DNA from: Longimicrobiales bacterium
GTDB taxonomy: Bacteria; Gemmatimonadota; Gemmatimonadetes; Longimicrobiales; Gaopeijiaceae
Direction: 5' to 3'
DNA length: 64,000 nt
NCBI GenBank assembly: GCA_965248195.1
Contig: CBDFIQ010000001.1
Coordinates: forward strand, 1,408,001 to 1,472,000
The position numbers and the translations under genes are program-made. The notes beneath the pieces are model-generated. The model was not told the origin of the DNA. It made no database searches and saw only the letters and a list, made by a program, of their open reading frames with translations. Below, piece after piece: positions 31,810 to 41,817 of this stretch (position 1 is the stretch's first letter; each line of letters begins with the position of its first letter).

Positions 31810-33185
31810 GGTAGTGTCCCTAGATTTGTGTAAAAGCGGATAAGCTGGACAGGAGGGAAAGAAAAACGGAAGCTCCTCTGTTGTTGTTCACTGTCACATG
31901 AACCCGGGAGTCCGGGTCTGCAGAGCAGGCTCGGAACCGGAGAGGAGCTTCCGATGCAAGAGATTGTGGAGATCGGTCGGGCCACGCAAGACGAGCTACG
32001 CGATGATTTGCGCGAGCTGTTTCAAGGCGCGATCCGGCTGACGCTCGAGATGGTGCTGGAAGAGGAGCTGAAGGCCATGGTAGGTGCACGCCGCTTCGAG
32101 CGGGTGGGAAGCCGGAAGGACCATAGGAACGGCACATACCTGAGGCGGCTGCTGACGAGCCTGGGGCAGATCGAGGTCGCCATGCCCCGGAGCCGGGACA
32201 ACGGTTCGCCGGCCGACGTGATCGGCCGCTACCAGCGCAGGAGCCCCGAGCTCGACGAGATGATGGTCGAGGCGTATGTGAGCGGCGTGTCACAGCGCAA
32301 GATGGGCGACGTCACCGAGGCGCTGATGGGCGAGCGTGTTGGGCGCTCGACGGTGAGTCGTGTGGCAAAACGGCTCGACGAGGCCGTGGAAGGGCTGCGC
32401 CGTGCGCCGATCGAGGGGCCTCACCCCTATCTGTACCTGGACGCCACGTTCTTGGACGCCCGCTGGGCCCGCAAAGTCGAGAACGTGAGTGCGCTCGTGG
32501 CGTATGCAGTGGGCCCTGAGGGTCACCGACGGCTCCTGGCCGTCACGCTGGGCGCTGAGGAGTCGCAGCAGAGCTGGTCGGAGCTCCTCGAGCAACTCCA
32601 GGACCGCGGCCTCGGCGGTGTCGAGCTCGTGATCGCCGATGAGCACGCAGGCCTGGCAGCTGCGGTCCGCCGCTTCCTGCCCGAGGCACGCCGTCAGAGG
32701 TGTACGGTCCATCTGCAGCGTAATGTGGGGGCGAGGGTCCCCCACCGCCTACGCAAGCGCGTGGCGCGTGAGGTCTCGGTGATCTTCCAGACATCCGGAC
32801 TCGCCGAGGCGAAGAAGCTCCTGGGCGAGTTCGGCGCACGCTGGAAGAAGGAGCTGCCCGAGGCCGTGGAGGTCCTGGAGCGGGGCTTCGGGGCAGCGAC
32901 GCAGTTCTACGCGTTCCCCGAGGCGCACTGGCCCCGGCTGCGTACCACCAACAGCCTCGAGCGGCTGCACGGCGAGATCAAACGCAGGATCAAGGCCGCC
33001 GGCGCCTTCCCGGACCGGGCCAGCGCCCTCAGGCTCATCACGGCCGTCGCACTCAGGACCACACACGTCTGGGGCGACCGGCGTTACCTCGACCTCTCAC
33101 TCCTCCAGAAACAGGAGGTCGCCCAAGCAGCCTAGCCGAAGGCGAGGAGCTTCCTCCGCTTTTACACACAAATCGGGACTTGACC
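31810..33185 (+). mobile_element. IS256-family element, 1376 bp, no flanking target duplication
   Basis: Ends ggtagtgtccctagatttgtgtaaaagcgga and ..ttttacacacaaatcgggacttgacc; same element as the copies at 56.5-60.9 kb. Confidence 0.95.
31954..33135 (+). CDS. IS256-family (Mutator) transposase
   Basis: YLYLDA, VIADEHAGL, QRCTVH and LRTTNSLERLHGEIKRR. Confidence 0.95.
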   Translation: MQEIVEIGRATQDELRDDLRELFQGAIRLTLEMVLEEELKAMVGARRFERVGSRKDHRNGTYLRRLLTSLGQIEVAMPRSRDNGSPADVIGRYQRRSPELDEMMVEAYVSGVSQRKMGDVTEALMGERVGRSTVSRVAKRLDEAVEGLRRAPIEGPHPYLYLDATFLDARWARKVENVSALVAYAVGPEGHRRLLAVTLGAEESQQSWSELLEQLQDRGLGGVELVIADEHAGLAAAVRRFLPEARRQRCTVHLQRNVGARVPHRLRKRVAREVSVIFQTSGLAEAKKLLGEFGARWKKELPEAVEVLERGFGAATQFYAFPEAHWPRLRTTNSLERLHGEIKRRIKAAGAFPDRASALRLITAVALRTTHVWGDRRYLDLSLLQKQEVAQAA

Positions 33186-33446
33186 AGGAAAGTCGTAGAT
33201 CTCGCTCGGATCTTCGTGCCACTCCTCCAGGTCGCCGGTCGTGCGTCCCGGCCGTTTGAACTTCAGTCCATCCTGACCTCCCGTCCCACGTCGGAGCTTC
33301 AGATTGATGGGGAGATCCGGTACCCAGATGTACTCGTCCACGATGCTCTGGGACGGGAAAAGGTCCTCGAGGCGCTCGAAGCGCCTTCGGAATGCATCGG
33401 AGAGAACTCCGAAGCCCCGCCATTCCCAATGCGTTCCCAGAGCCAT
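33186..33446 (-). pseudogene. CYTH-like protein, 3'-truncated by IS256
   Basis: HWEWRGFG..DEYIW..NLKLR..LKFKR, then runs into the IS. Confidence 0.55.
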
Positions 33447-33525
33447 CGCGACCTCGAGTCCCCGGTGTGCCGTCCTGAAGATTGGCCGTAGCCCCGCGGC
33501 TCTCCTACCGGGGGGCGCCGTACGC

Positions 33526-34512
33526 CTAGCCCCTCGCTCGCCGCCGCATCGCCACGGCCCTCCGCGCGTCCAGGCGCCGGAGGCCGACATCCGCAGCGAT
33601 CTCGAGCGCCTCGAGAAACTCGTCGGGGTGGAGGTGCCGATCGAGCTGCGCGTATCGGTCCCCTGACACCTTGCCCGCAGGATAGTACTGATCCATGACG
33701 TTCACGTAGGTGTCGGGCCCCAGCTCCTCGACGATCCACTCCAGGATGTTGCGCGTCTCATCGAGGCACCCCGGCATGACGAGGTGCCGGATCAGGACGC
33801 CTCGCTCAGCCAGCCCGTCGCCGTCGATGACGAGGTCACCCACCTGCTTGTGCATTTCCCGAATCGCGGCACGCACGGCCTCCGGATAATCCTCGGCCAT
33901 CAGGTATTCCCGGCTCTTCTCTGAAGTCCAGAGCTTGAAGTCGGGCATGTAGATGTCTACCACGCCATCCATCCAGGTGAGGCTTTCCAGAGAGTCGTAC
34001 GCCGAGGTGTTGTAGACGATGGGAAGGGTGAGCCCGCCGTCCACCGCCAGGCAGACCGCCTCGAGCACCTGAGGAACGACGTGCTCGGGAGTGACGAAGT
34101 TGATGTTGTGGCAGCCGCGGCGCTGGAGGCCCAACATCAGGGAGGCCAACTCCCCGGGTGGCAGTCCGGGCCGGGCGGGGCCGGGGCGCACACCCTGGCT
34201 GATGTCGAAGTTCTGGCAGAAGACGCAGCGGAGGTTGCAGTGGGAGAAGAAGATCGTTCCGGAGCCGTTCCAACCCCTGAGGCAGTCCTCCTCTCCAAAA
34301 TGGGGGAAGGCACTGCCGACGACCGCGTAGCGTCCGGTCTTGCAGGCCGACCACTTCTCCTGCAGCCGATCGACGCGACAATCACGAGGGCAAGCACGGC
34401 AGTCGGCCAGGGACGCCACCGCCTGGAGGGAGCGCTCCTGGAGCTCGGAACGGCCGAGCCTGAGGTACGCAGGAAGGCTGCGAGGGCGACCGTCGGGTGT
34501 CACCTCGACCAC
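33526..34512 (-). CDS. Radical SAM protein (PflX-like)
   Basis: PHFGEEDCL, CNLRCVFCQN, DIYMPDFK and RHLVMPG. Confidence 0.92.
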   Translation of the reverse strand: MVEVTPDGRPRSLPAYLRLGRSELQERSLQAVASLADCRACPRDCRVDRLQEKWSACKTGRYAVVGSAFPHFGEEDCLRGWNGSGTIFFSHCNLRCVFCQNFDISQGVRPGPARPGLPPGELASLMLGLQRRGCHNINFVTPEHVVPQVLEAVCLAVDGGLTLPIVYNTSAYDSLESLTWMDGVVDIYMPDFKLWTSEKSREYLMAEDYPEAVRAAIREMHKQVGDLVIDGDGLAERGVLIRHLVMPGCLDETRNILEWIVEELGPDTYVNVMDQYYPAGKVSGDRYAQLDRHLHPDEFLEALEIAADVGLRRLDARRAVAMRRRARG

Positions 34513-35090
34513 CGGGGCAGGAAGCGCCCTGTGCGACGGGCGTAGTCACGATACTCCTGGCCAAACCGAGCCTCCAGCTCCGCCTCCTCTCTGGGCAGCC
34601 GCCAACGGACGAACGGGAGCATCGTAGCGGCCCCGGCGATAAAGATCCAGCTCGCCGCGACGAGTCCCAGGCCGGCGAAGATCAACCCACCCGCCGTGTA
34701 AAGCGGGTTCCGAATCCATCGATACGGACCCCTGGTTACTAGCTCGTGATCCTCATGTGTGATGACGGTAGGTGAGACATTGCGGCCCAACGCGCGTTGC
34801 GCAGAGGCCACGAACGGAATGAGTACGAGCACCACCGTTGCGCCCACCCACCTTAGCCAAGAGGGCACAGCGACGAACGACCAGTCCAAGAGCTGAGGGC
34901 GAATGATGTACACGAAGCAGGAACCCCACAGGAACAGGCCGGCAAGGCGCAGCACGATCAACATCGCAAGGCCCTCCTTGGAATAGTCGATCCGCCGACC
35001 GGCCAGCGCCTTCCGCCGATACGTGCCGACGACCCCAAACAGAAGCAAGAACAAGGCGGCGAACACGAGCCGGAAGATCGTTTGCTCCAT
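34500..35090 (-). CDS. Isoprenylcysteine carboxyl methyltransferase (ICMT/STE14)-family membrane protein
   Basis: LVTRGPYRWIRNPLY..EEAEL..FGQEY.DY...TGRFLP. Confidence 0.88.
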   Translation of the reverse strand: MEQTIFRLVFAALFLLLFGVVGTYRRKALAGRRIDYSKEGLAMLIVLRLAGLFLWGSCFVYIIRPQLLDWSFVAVPSWLRWVGATVVLVLIPFVASAQRALGRNVSPTVITHEDHELVTRGPYRWIRNPLYTAGGLIFAGLGLVAASWIFIAGAATMLPFVRWRLPREEAELEARFGQEYRDYARRTGRFLPRWSR

Positions 35091-35247
35091 GGTGCCGCCT
35101 AACATTTTGGGGGTTGCTCACGGGAGCCGTTCATGACCCGAGCATCCAAAATCCCCAATACGGCGATCCATGCAAGGTTCATGACGGCGAGCGCGAACAG
35201 CAACGCCATCAACAGCCAGCAGCACCCGGGGTGCCTCCGTAGCCAGC

Positions 35248-36654
35248 CTAGTCGTCGAGGAAGTCGGGCGGGTGGCCCAGGCACTGGGAGGCCGTACCTA
35301 GCTCCCGCTCGGCCGCGAGCGCTACACCGAGGAGCGCCTCGTCCTGTCCGCCCGGTGCCACGAGCTGCAACCCGATCGGCATACCGTTTCCATCGATTCC
35401 GACCGGGATGCTGATCGCCGTGAGCCCGAGCACGCTGATCGGGTACGTGGGACGGAGGATTGCGGCATTCGCCTCGCCATATCGATCGAGGTCGGCGAGA
35501 TCGGCCACGGGTGGCGGGGATACGATGTTGGCGGGGAACAAGAGGATGTCCGCGTCATCGAAAAGTTTGTGGGCCTCGTTCGCCATTCTGCGATGGTCCG
35601 CCAGCGCGGTCTGGTACTCGGGGTCATCGGGTGGCAACCCCTGCTCGACCCGGGTCCTGACGATCGGATGCAGGATGTCCAGCCATCCGGGCAACTCACT
35701 CTCGAGGAAGGCACGGCATTCGGTCGAGGTGATCGGACGGCGACCCGCGGAAAGCTCGAACCCGTCGTCGAAGAGTCCACCGTCGATCTCGACGAGATTC
35801 CGGGCGCGGCCGCTCAGGTGAGAGATCACTGAATCGAGTTCGTCGCCAATGTCCGGCTCGCAGTCGTCCCAGATCCCACACTGCGGGAACGCCATGCGAA
35901 CGCTCGCCAGCTCCGTGGTGGCAAGTCGCTCCAACAGCTCTCTGGGGGCACCCCACTGTGGGTCCACACAGCCGAAGAAGTAGATATAGTCCTCGACCGT
36001 GCGGGTGAGCGCACCGACGGTGTCGAGGGTATGACTCAGGGGCACCACGCCTTCCGTCGGCCAGCGACCCCTCGTAGTCCGCTGACCGACCGTCCCCGTG
36101 AGGGCTGCCGGAACACGGATGGACCCTCCCGTATCGGAGCCGAGGGCGATGAGCGCCGAACCCTCCCACAGGCTCACGCCCGCCCCTGACGATGATCCAC
36201 CAGGTATCCGGTGCGTCTTCTCGTCCCACGGGTTCCAGGGGGTGTCCCAGTTCGGATTGATGCCGACCGCTCCGAAGGCCATCTCCACCATGTGCGTCTT
36301 GCCGACCGTGATCGCGCCGGCCCCACGGAGTCGAGCGACGAGCCAGGCGTCCCGCGACCACTTTTCGGGTAGCTGCCTCAGTGTTCCAGCAAACGTCGGG
36401 AGACCGTCGACGCCGTAGAGGTCTTTGACGGACATCGGGATGCCGGTAAGGGGCGGGGCGTCATCGTCGCGCGCCAGCAGTTGGTCTGCCGCACGGGCCG
36501 ATTCGAGCGCCCTCTCCGCATCGAAGAGCTTGTACGCCTGCAGACGTTCTCCGAGCTGGTCGTGCCGATCGAGGGCAGCCGTCATCAGCTCCGTCGCGGA
36601 GAATTCGCGGCCCCGCAGGGCTGAAGCGATGTCGGCGATGGAGCGTGACAGCAT
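35248..36654 (-). CDS. Amidase (amidase signature family)
   Basis: VKDL, PGGSSSG and GSDTGGSIRVPA. Confidence 0.93.
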   Translation of the reverse strand: MLSRSIADIASALRGREFSATELMTAALDRHDQLGERLQAYKLFDAERALESARAADQLLARDDDAPPLTGIPMSVKDLYGVDGLPTFAGTLRQLPEKWSRDAWLVARLRGAGAITVGKTHMVEMAFGAVGINPNWDTPWNPWDEKTHRIPGGSSSGAGVSLWEGSALIALGSDTGGSIRVPAALTGTVGQRTTRGRWPTEGVVPLSHTLDTVGALTRTVEDYIYFFGCVDPQWGAPRELLERLATTELASVRMAFPQCGIWDDCEPDIGDELDSVISHLSGRARNLVEIDGGLFDDGFELSAGRRPITSTECRAFLESELPGWLDILHPIVRTRVEQGLPPDDPEYQTALADHRRMANEAHKLFDDADILLFPANIVSPPPVADLADLDRYGEANAAILRPTYPISVLGLTAISIPVGIDGNGMPIGLQLVAPGGQDEALLGVALAAERELGTASQCLGHPPDFLDD

Positions 36655-36660
36655 CTCGTC

Positions 36661-38868
36661 TTACGTCTCGACCAGTTCACCACCGAATGGACTCGAGTTG
36701 TTGACGAAGAATACGGTCGAAAGCCCTTCGGCCATGTTGGCCATTCGTTGAGCGGCCTCCGTCTCTTCGCCCACCTCCGGCACAGGCAAGCCCAAAAAAA
36801 CGACATCGGCAGTTTGGCTTTGCGCGAAAATCACTTCCCGAACAGTCATGTCGTCTGGCTTCATGAGTACGTCAGTCCGTGCATTGATCCGTAGTTCCGG
36901 GAGCAGCTCATTCAAGTGGTTTTGGGTTCTTTCCTGCATCAACTCACTGGATGCCAAACTGGTCACAACGAGTTGCGCACCTCGCCACTCTGGGTTGTGT
37001 GAGAGCAAATAGGCGAGCAGCAACATGAGATCGCCATTACGCTGCAGGCCCCCCCACCAGACGTGAATCTCGCGGTCCTCGGGCGCCACCGGCTGACGGC
37101 CTGTGTCAATCCGACCAATGATGAGGGATTTTCCGAGTTGGGAAAACGAACGAAGCGAGCGCAGGGCTTGTTCGAGTCCGCTTTGCTCCGATGGCCACCC
37201 CATCAGGAGCGTGTTGCTGTTGAGTCCACCCATGCCATTCGCTTGAGCTACCGAGACGAGGCCATCTTCGATGTTGCTGACAACATCGGTTTCGGCGAAA
37301 GCGATAACGGCCTCCTGCTTCAGGAAGCCCTCCATCTCCTGCCTACGGGCTTGGGTGTCGAACCCTTCTGGGGCCAAGTCGGCTTCAACGAGCTCGCATA
37401 TGGTCACGATGCCGCGTCCTTGGGCAAACCATCGGCCATAGTGAACGAGATCCAAACTCCGCTCGATCCTTCGCACGAAGATCATGATGTGGGGACGCCA
37501 ACTGCGAGCAGTCATGGGGTGGGCCGATATCCTGACCAGAGCCCATTGCATCAGCGCCTCATACAGGCCTCTGCGCGCGTCCCCCCAGGCCGTTGTACGT
37601 TCCTTACGGGCCAGAATGAACCAAACGATGACTTCCGCCGACAGTGCTGCAACAGCCGCCAGTGGGCTGATGAGAAACATGGCGACGATACATGCGATTC
37701 CCGCCGTCAGACTCGCGATCCATGGAATACGGAGCGTGGGTCGCCAGGAAATCTCACCGCTCAAGGACGCAAATGCCGCTACGAGGTTCACGGTCCCATA
37801 GACAGTGAGGAAGAACATCGTGACGATGGGAGCGACCGCGTTCAAATCGCCCAAGAGGCAAGCGGCGAGTGCAATGAGTAGGGTCAGTAGGAGCCCAAAA
37901 ATGGGCTCCTCATGAGGCCCCATCGTGCGTGCGAGTTGTTTGGGTGCGAGGTGATCGAGAGCCAGTGCCTGAAGGGTTCGCGGCGCTCCCAACACGGAAC
38001 CCACAGCGGATGAGAAGATGGCCCCCCACAACCCGGGGAGAATGAGCAACGCCCCAAGAGGGGCGATGCGAGCCCAGACCATGGGATCGTCGATAAGTAC
38101 CTGAGTATCTGCGCCAAAAAACAAGAGGATGGGTATGGTTATGTAGACCGCGAAACCCAGCAGGACAGCCGCGATGGAGCCGCGAGGAATAGACGCCTTG
38201 GGGTCGCGTAAATCACCCGAGAGTCCGAGCCCAGCCATGACCCCGGTGACGGCCGGGAAGAACACCGCGAACGCGATCCAGTACTCGACCTCGCCCGTAG
38301 ACTGGGCCATCGGCGGAGGGTCGGGGAGCGGGTTGGCTGCGGACCCCGCAACCAACGCGGCCAGTGAAACGACAACGAGAAACAAGAGCGGCAACTGGAC
38401 CTTGAGCGCGATCGCAGATCCCCTGGAGGCGAGTAAGCCGATGCCCAGCACGATCACGAAGGCAGCGGGTGCGATGGGTACGCCAGGCCAAATGAACCGG
38501 ATGGATTCGGCCAGCCCAAACGCATAAAGCGTGACCGAGAACGCTTGGGACAGAAAGAGCGGGAGCCCAATGGCACCGCCGATTTCCAGACCGAGATTTC
38601 TCGAGATAATGTTATAAGCACCCCCAATCCCGATGCGCCTGTTGGTTGCGATTGAGGAGAACGACAGCGTTGTTGTGAGCGTTACCAGATTGGCCAGCAC
38701 GACGATCGAGAGCGTATAGAACAGTCCCATGTTTCCTACGAGCCAGCCCACCCGCAGGTACATGATGACCCCGAGTATCGTGAGCAACGTCGGCGTGAAC
38801 ACGCCGATGAACGTGCCGAGCTTTCCTTCAGCGGGGCCGCGCGGGGTTCTCTTGAAAAATTGGCTCAT
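36661..38868 (-). CDS. SLC12-like cation-chloride cotransporter / amino acid permease
   Basis: LGTFIGVFTPTLLTILGVIMYLR, FFPAVTGVMAG, RSWRPHI and IHVWWGG. Confidence 0.88.
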   Translation of the reverse strand: MSQFFKRTPRGPAEGKLGTFIGVFTPTLLTILGVIMYLRVGWLVGNMGLFYTLSIVVLANLVTLTTTLSFSSIATNRRIGIGGAYNIISRNLGLEIGGAIGLPLFLSQAFSVTLYAFGLAESIRFIWPGVPIAPAAFVIVLGIGLLASRGSAIALKVQLPLLFLVVVSLAALVAGSAANPLPDPPPMAQSTGEVEYWIAFAVFFPAVTGVMAGLGLSGDLRDPKASIPRGSIAAVLLGFAVYITIPILLFFGADTQVLIDDPMVWARIAPLGALLILPGLWGAIFSSAVGSVLGAPRTLQALALDHLAPKQLARTMGPHEEPIFGLLLTLLIALAACLLGDLNAVAPIVTMFFLTVYGTVNLVAAFASLSGEISWRPTLRIPWIASLTAGIACIVAMFLISPLAAVAALSAEVIVWFILARKERTTAWGDARRGLYEALMQWALVRISAHPMTARSWRPHIMIFVRRIERSLDLVHYGRWFAQGRGIVTICELVEADLAPEGFDTQARRQEMEGFLKQEAVIAFAETDVVSNIEDGLVSVAQANGMGGLNSNTLLMGWPSEQSGLEQALRSLRSFSQLGKSLIIGRIDTGRQPVAPEDREIHVWWGGLQRNGDLMLLLAYLLSHNPEWRGAQLVVTSLASSELMQERTQNHLNELLPELRINARTDVLMKPDDMTVREVIFAQSQTADVVFLGLPVPEVGEETEAAQRMANMAEGLSTVFFVNNSSPFGGELVET

Positions 38869-39034
38869 GTATGTATGCCTCTGCCCCAGGAGTCCTCGAA
38901 ATAGCCACTCCCAGACGACGCCCGCGTCACCATCGAGCTCGATCGTGGACTTCGTGCCCTTGAAGTCGTAGCGTGTGAATCCGGAAAGGTAACCACCTCT
39001 CGCCCATCTCGATGCGGTCCCCTCTATGGGTACG

Positions 39035-39985
39035 ATGATCTCACGACGGGAATTCTTCGCCAATGCGGCGGCTGTAGCCCTCTGCGGTCCTGAGCCTTTC
39101 CTGGCGCTTCAACGCGCCAACCCCTACGCCCTCATTCTCGGGATCGCTCAGGACGCGGGCATGCCACAGGTGGGCTGCTACGTAGAGCGGTGTGAACGTG
39201 CTCGCAACAGGGAGCGACCGCGCTATGCGGCGTCCATGTCGCTCGTGTACCCGGATCAGGATCGTTACTACCTGGTCGACGCGACCCCCGATATCACGCG
39301 TCAGCTCGATCTGCTCGAGGAGCCCGGGTTTCGGGCACGCGCCGGTCAGCGGAGGCCCTTCGACGGCATCTTCCTGACGCACGCCCACATCGGCCATTAC
39401 AGCGGTCTCGCGGTGTTGGGGCGCGAGGGGCTCGGCATGGCGCCGACGCCGACGTACTGCACACCCGAGATGGCCGACTTCCTGACGAACAACGGGCCGT
39501 GGGGCCTGATGGTCAGTGAAGGCCGGCTCGACCTCCGCCCGGTCGTCCCAGGCGAGTGGAACCGGATCGACGACCAGCTCCAGGCCCACGCGCTCCTCGT
39601 CCCGCACCGTCCCGAGTACTCGGATACCGTCGCATGGGTCTTCCGCGGACCGACCCAAACGATCCTGTACCTGCCGGACATCGACTCGTGGGAGAGCTGG
39701 GAGCTCGACGTTGAAGACGTGGTCGCGAGTGTGGACGTGGCACTGCTCGATGCCTCATTCTATTCGGGTGACGAGGTGCCCGGGCGCAACATCGAAGACA
39801 TCCCGCACCCGTTGGTTCCACGCTCGATGGATCGACTACAAGGTCGGGTCGATGCCGGCGATCGAATCCTGTTCACGCACCTCAACAACACCAACCCGGC
39901 GCTCTTCGAAGACAGCCGGGAGGCGGCGGAGGTACGACGGCGAGGCTTCGAGATCGCTACGGAGGGGCAGAGAATCCCGCTTTAG
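39035..39985 (+). CDS. PqqB-like metallo-beta-lactamase-fold protein with Tat signal
   Basis: SRREFF, LGIAQDAGMPQ, THAHIGHY, VPHR.EYSDT and THLNNTN. Confidence 0.85.
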   Translation: MISRREFFANAAAVALCGPEPFLALQRANPYALILGIAQDAGMPQVGCYVERCERARNRERPRYAASMSLVYPDQDRYYLVDATPDITRQLDLLEEPGFRARAGQRRPFDGIFLTHAHIGHYSGLAVLGREGLGMAPTPTYCTPEMADFLTNNGPWGLMVSEGRLDLRPVVPGEWNRIDDQLQAHALLVPHRPEYSDTVAWVFRGPTQTILYLPDIDSWESWELDVEDVVASVDVALLDASFYSGDEVPGRNIEDIPHPLVPRSMDRLQGRVDAGDRILFTHLNNTNPALFEDSREAAEVRRRGFEIATEGQRIPL

Positions 39986-40111
39986 ACGGTCCGAGAGCAA
40001 CAGTCCCGCCTGCTTCTTCCCGAGATTTTGATTGTGCTTTCCGAAAGGGTGACCATGTTTCTCTGCGTATGCACAAACTCTTGCAGCCAGCCTTCTGTGG
40101 AGAAATCGACT

Positions 40112-40639
40112 ATGCGCGGTATGCTTCTGACCCTTTCGACGGTGTTCGGGCTCGTGGCGCTCGCCGCGCCCGTGGACGCACAGATCAAGTTCGGCGCCCA
40201 GGGCGCCGTCATGAGCAGCCTTGACGACCTGAGTACGATTTTGCCGGGTGCGCCTAAGCTAAGCGGCACGTCCGGCATAGGCGCCCGTGCGGCCTTGCAG
40301 CCGCCGCTCCTGCCGATCGGCCTATTTGCCCAGGGCGTCTATTATTTTCCCGACGCTGACGATTACGACTACATGACCTATTCGCTCGCGGCACAGCTTC
40401 GGATGTCGACACCGCTGATCAGCCCTTATGCGCTCGGCGGGTGGCAGTGGCGTCGGACGAGCACCGGGGGAACGAGCAACACCGAGACCGGGGCCATCGT
40501 CGGCGTGGGCGTCCAGCTTAACTTCGGCGTTTCCCTCTTCCTCGAGGCGAGCTACGAATTCAACGAGGATTTGACCGGAGTGCCCGATTTCGACACCGAC
40601 CCGATCGTCATCAAGGGCGGGTTCATGTTCGGCTCTTAA
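40112..40639 (+). CDS. Small outer-membrane beta-barrel protein
   Basis: Signal peptide, amphipathic strands, PYALGG, C-terminal GGFMF. Confidence 0.75.
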   Translation: MRGMLLTLSTVFGLVALAAPVDAQIKFGAQGAVMSSLDDLSTILPGAPKLSGTSGIGARAALQPPLLPIGLFAQGVYYFPDADDYDYMTYSLAAQLRMSTPLISPYALGGWQWRRTSTGGTSNTETGAIVGVGVQLNFGVSLFLEASYEFNEDLTGVPDFDTDPIVIKGGFMFGS

Positions 40640-40644
40640 CGGCT

Positions 40645-41715
40645 TTACCTCCGTCCTTGAGCCTCGATCCCCTCCAGGTGACGCTGGCCGCTCAAGACGT
40701 TCGCGAGCGCGTAGTTACCCTCATGACAGGCGTACTCGAAGATCTGCTGGTCGTACTTCCTCCAAGGAACTTGCCCGCCCCACACCTCGCTGTAGGTCCT
40801 CGGGTCATGGATCTCGAACTCATAAAGCATGTTTTCGTCATCGGTCCGGGTGAAGCGCTCGATCGCCCTCAGATCCTCGGAGTGCACGATCTTATCGGTC
40901 TGCTCACGTATGCCGTGGCTCGGATGGATGTTCGTGGTCTCGACCACGAGAGTGTTGCCCTCCCAGTGGCCCCACGAGTCGCCGAACCAGGGCCGCACGT
41001 GCGCGGGCAGCCGGCTCGGCTCGCCTAGTCGGATGATCCGGACGTCGTGGATCATCTCCGACATGATCAGCACATGGTCGGCATTCTGAACGATCGTGAA
41101 GTTGTTGTTATACCCCCGGGTGGGCGTCATCGGGGGTCCCATCACGCTGGCGGAGCTCGAGCCGTAGAAGACGATGCAGCGCTCAGCGAGCGGCCGGAGC
41201 TCGGGATGGTCGAACTGGCCGAACCGGGAACGGAACTCATGGTACTCCCGCTTCCGCCTCGCGCCTTCCGGTGTAAGCTCTGGAATCCGGCCGTTTGGCG
41301 GAAAGGTGATGAGGGAGGTCATAGGCTCGCCGTCGACCCTCGCCACCCCATCACCACGATCATAATAGATCTGGTTGTAGCTTCGGCCGATCTCACCGGT
41401 CACCGGCGGTGGCGGGCGATCGGGGTCACTCGGATCGGACCCCGTCTCGATCTGGGACCGCTGTCGACCCTCGATTTCGTCGACCTGCGCCTGCGTGTAG
41501 ACAGGACTGAGCCCCCGTTGGCGCTCGAACGTCGTGAGCGTCGCGTTGCTCCAGTTGCCCTGGATGTCCGGATGGCCCCATTCGGTCCTGGGCTGTTGCC
41601 AGTCGGGATCCCCGCGTTGAGCCCTCTCGGGGGTCTGGGCCTCGGCCGAGAAGAACCCTGTCGATGCGAAGGCGAGACAAAGCAGAAGTCCCGATTTCGA
41701 CGCTCGCGTGATCAT
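40645..41715 (-). CDS. Conserved hypothetical exported protein
   Basis: PRTEWGHPDIQGNW, GDSWGHWEGNTLVVETTN and EYACHEGN. Confidence 0.8.
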   Translation of the reverse strand: MITRASKSGLLLCLAFASTGFFSAEAQTPERAQRGDPDWQQPRTEWGHPDIQGNWSNATLTTFERQRGLSPVYTQAQVDEIEGRQRSQIETGSDPSDPDRPPPPVTGEIGRSYNQIYYDRGDGVARVDGEPMTSLITFPPNGRIPELTPEGARRKREYHEFRSRFGQFDHPELRPLAERCIVFYGSSSASVMGPPMTPTRGYNNNFTIVQNADHVLIMSEMIHDVRIIRLGEPSRLPAHVRPWFGDSWGHWEGNTLVVETTNIHPSHGIREQTDKIVHSEDLRAIERFTRTDDENMLYEFEIHDPRTYSEVWGGQVPWRKYDQQIFEYACHEGNYALANVLSGQRHLEGIEAQGRR

Positions 41716-41730
41716 CGTTCCTCCCGTGGC

Positions 41731-41817
41731 TCAAGGGATAATCTGCTGGATCAACTCCTGGGCCTTCTCCCGGACCAACCCCTCCAACCTCTCCCAGCGG
41801 GACTGGCCTTGGGTCAT
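41731..41817 (-). pseudogene. Probable N-terminal remnant of another IS256-family transposase
   Basis: MTQGQSRWERLEGLVREKAQELIQQIIP* resembles the WExLExxVRxxxQxxIQxxL start of such transposases. Confidence 0.4.

Noticed and set aside
35099..35284. 61-aa hydrophobic ORF between the amidase and ICMT genes
   Set aside because: Plausible small membrane protein, but it overlaps the amidase end and has no motif support
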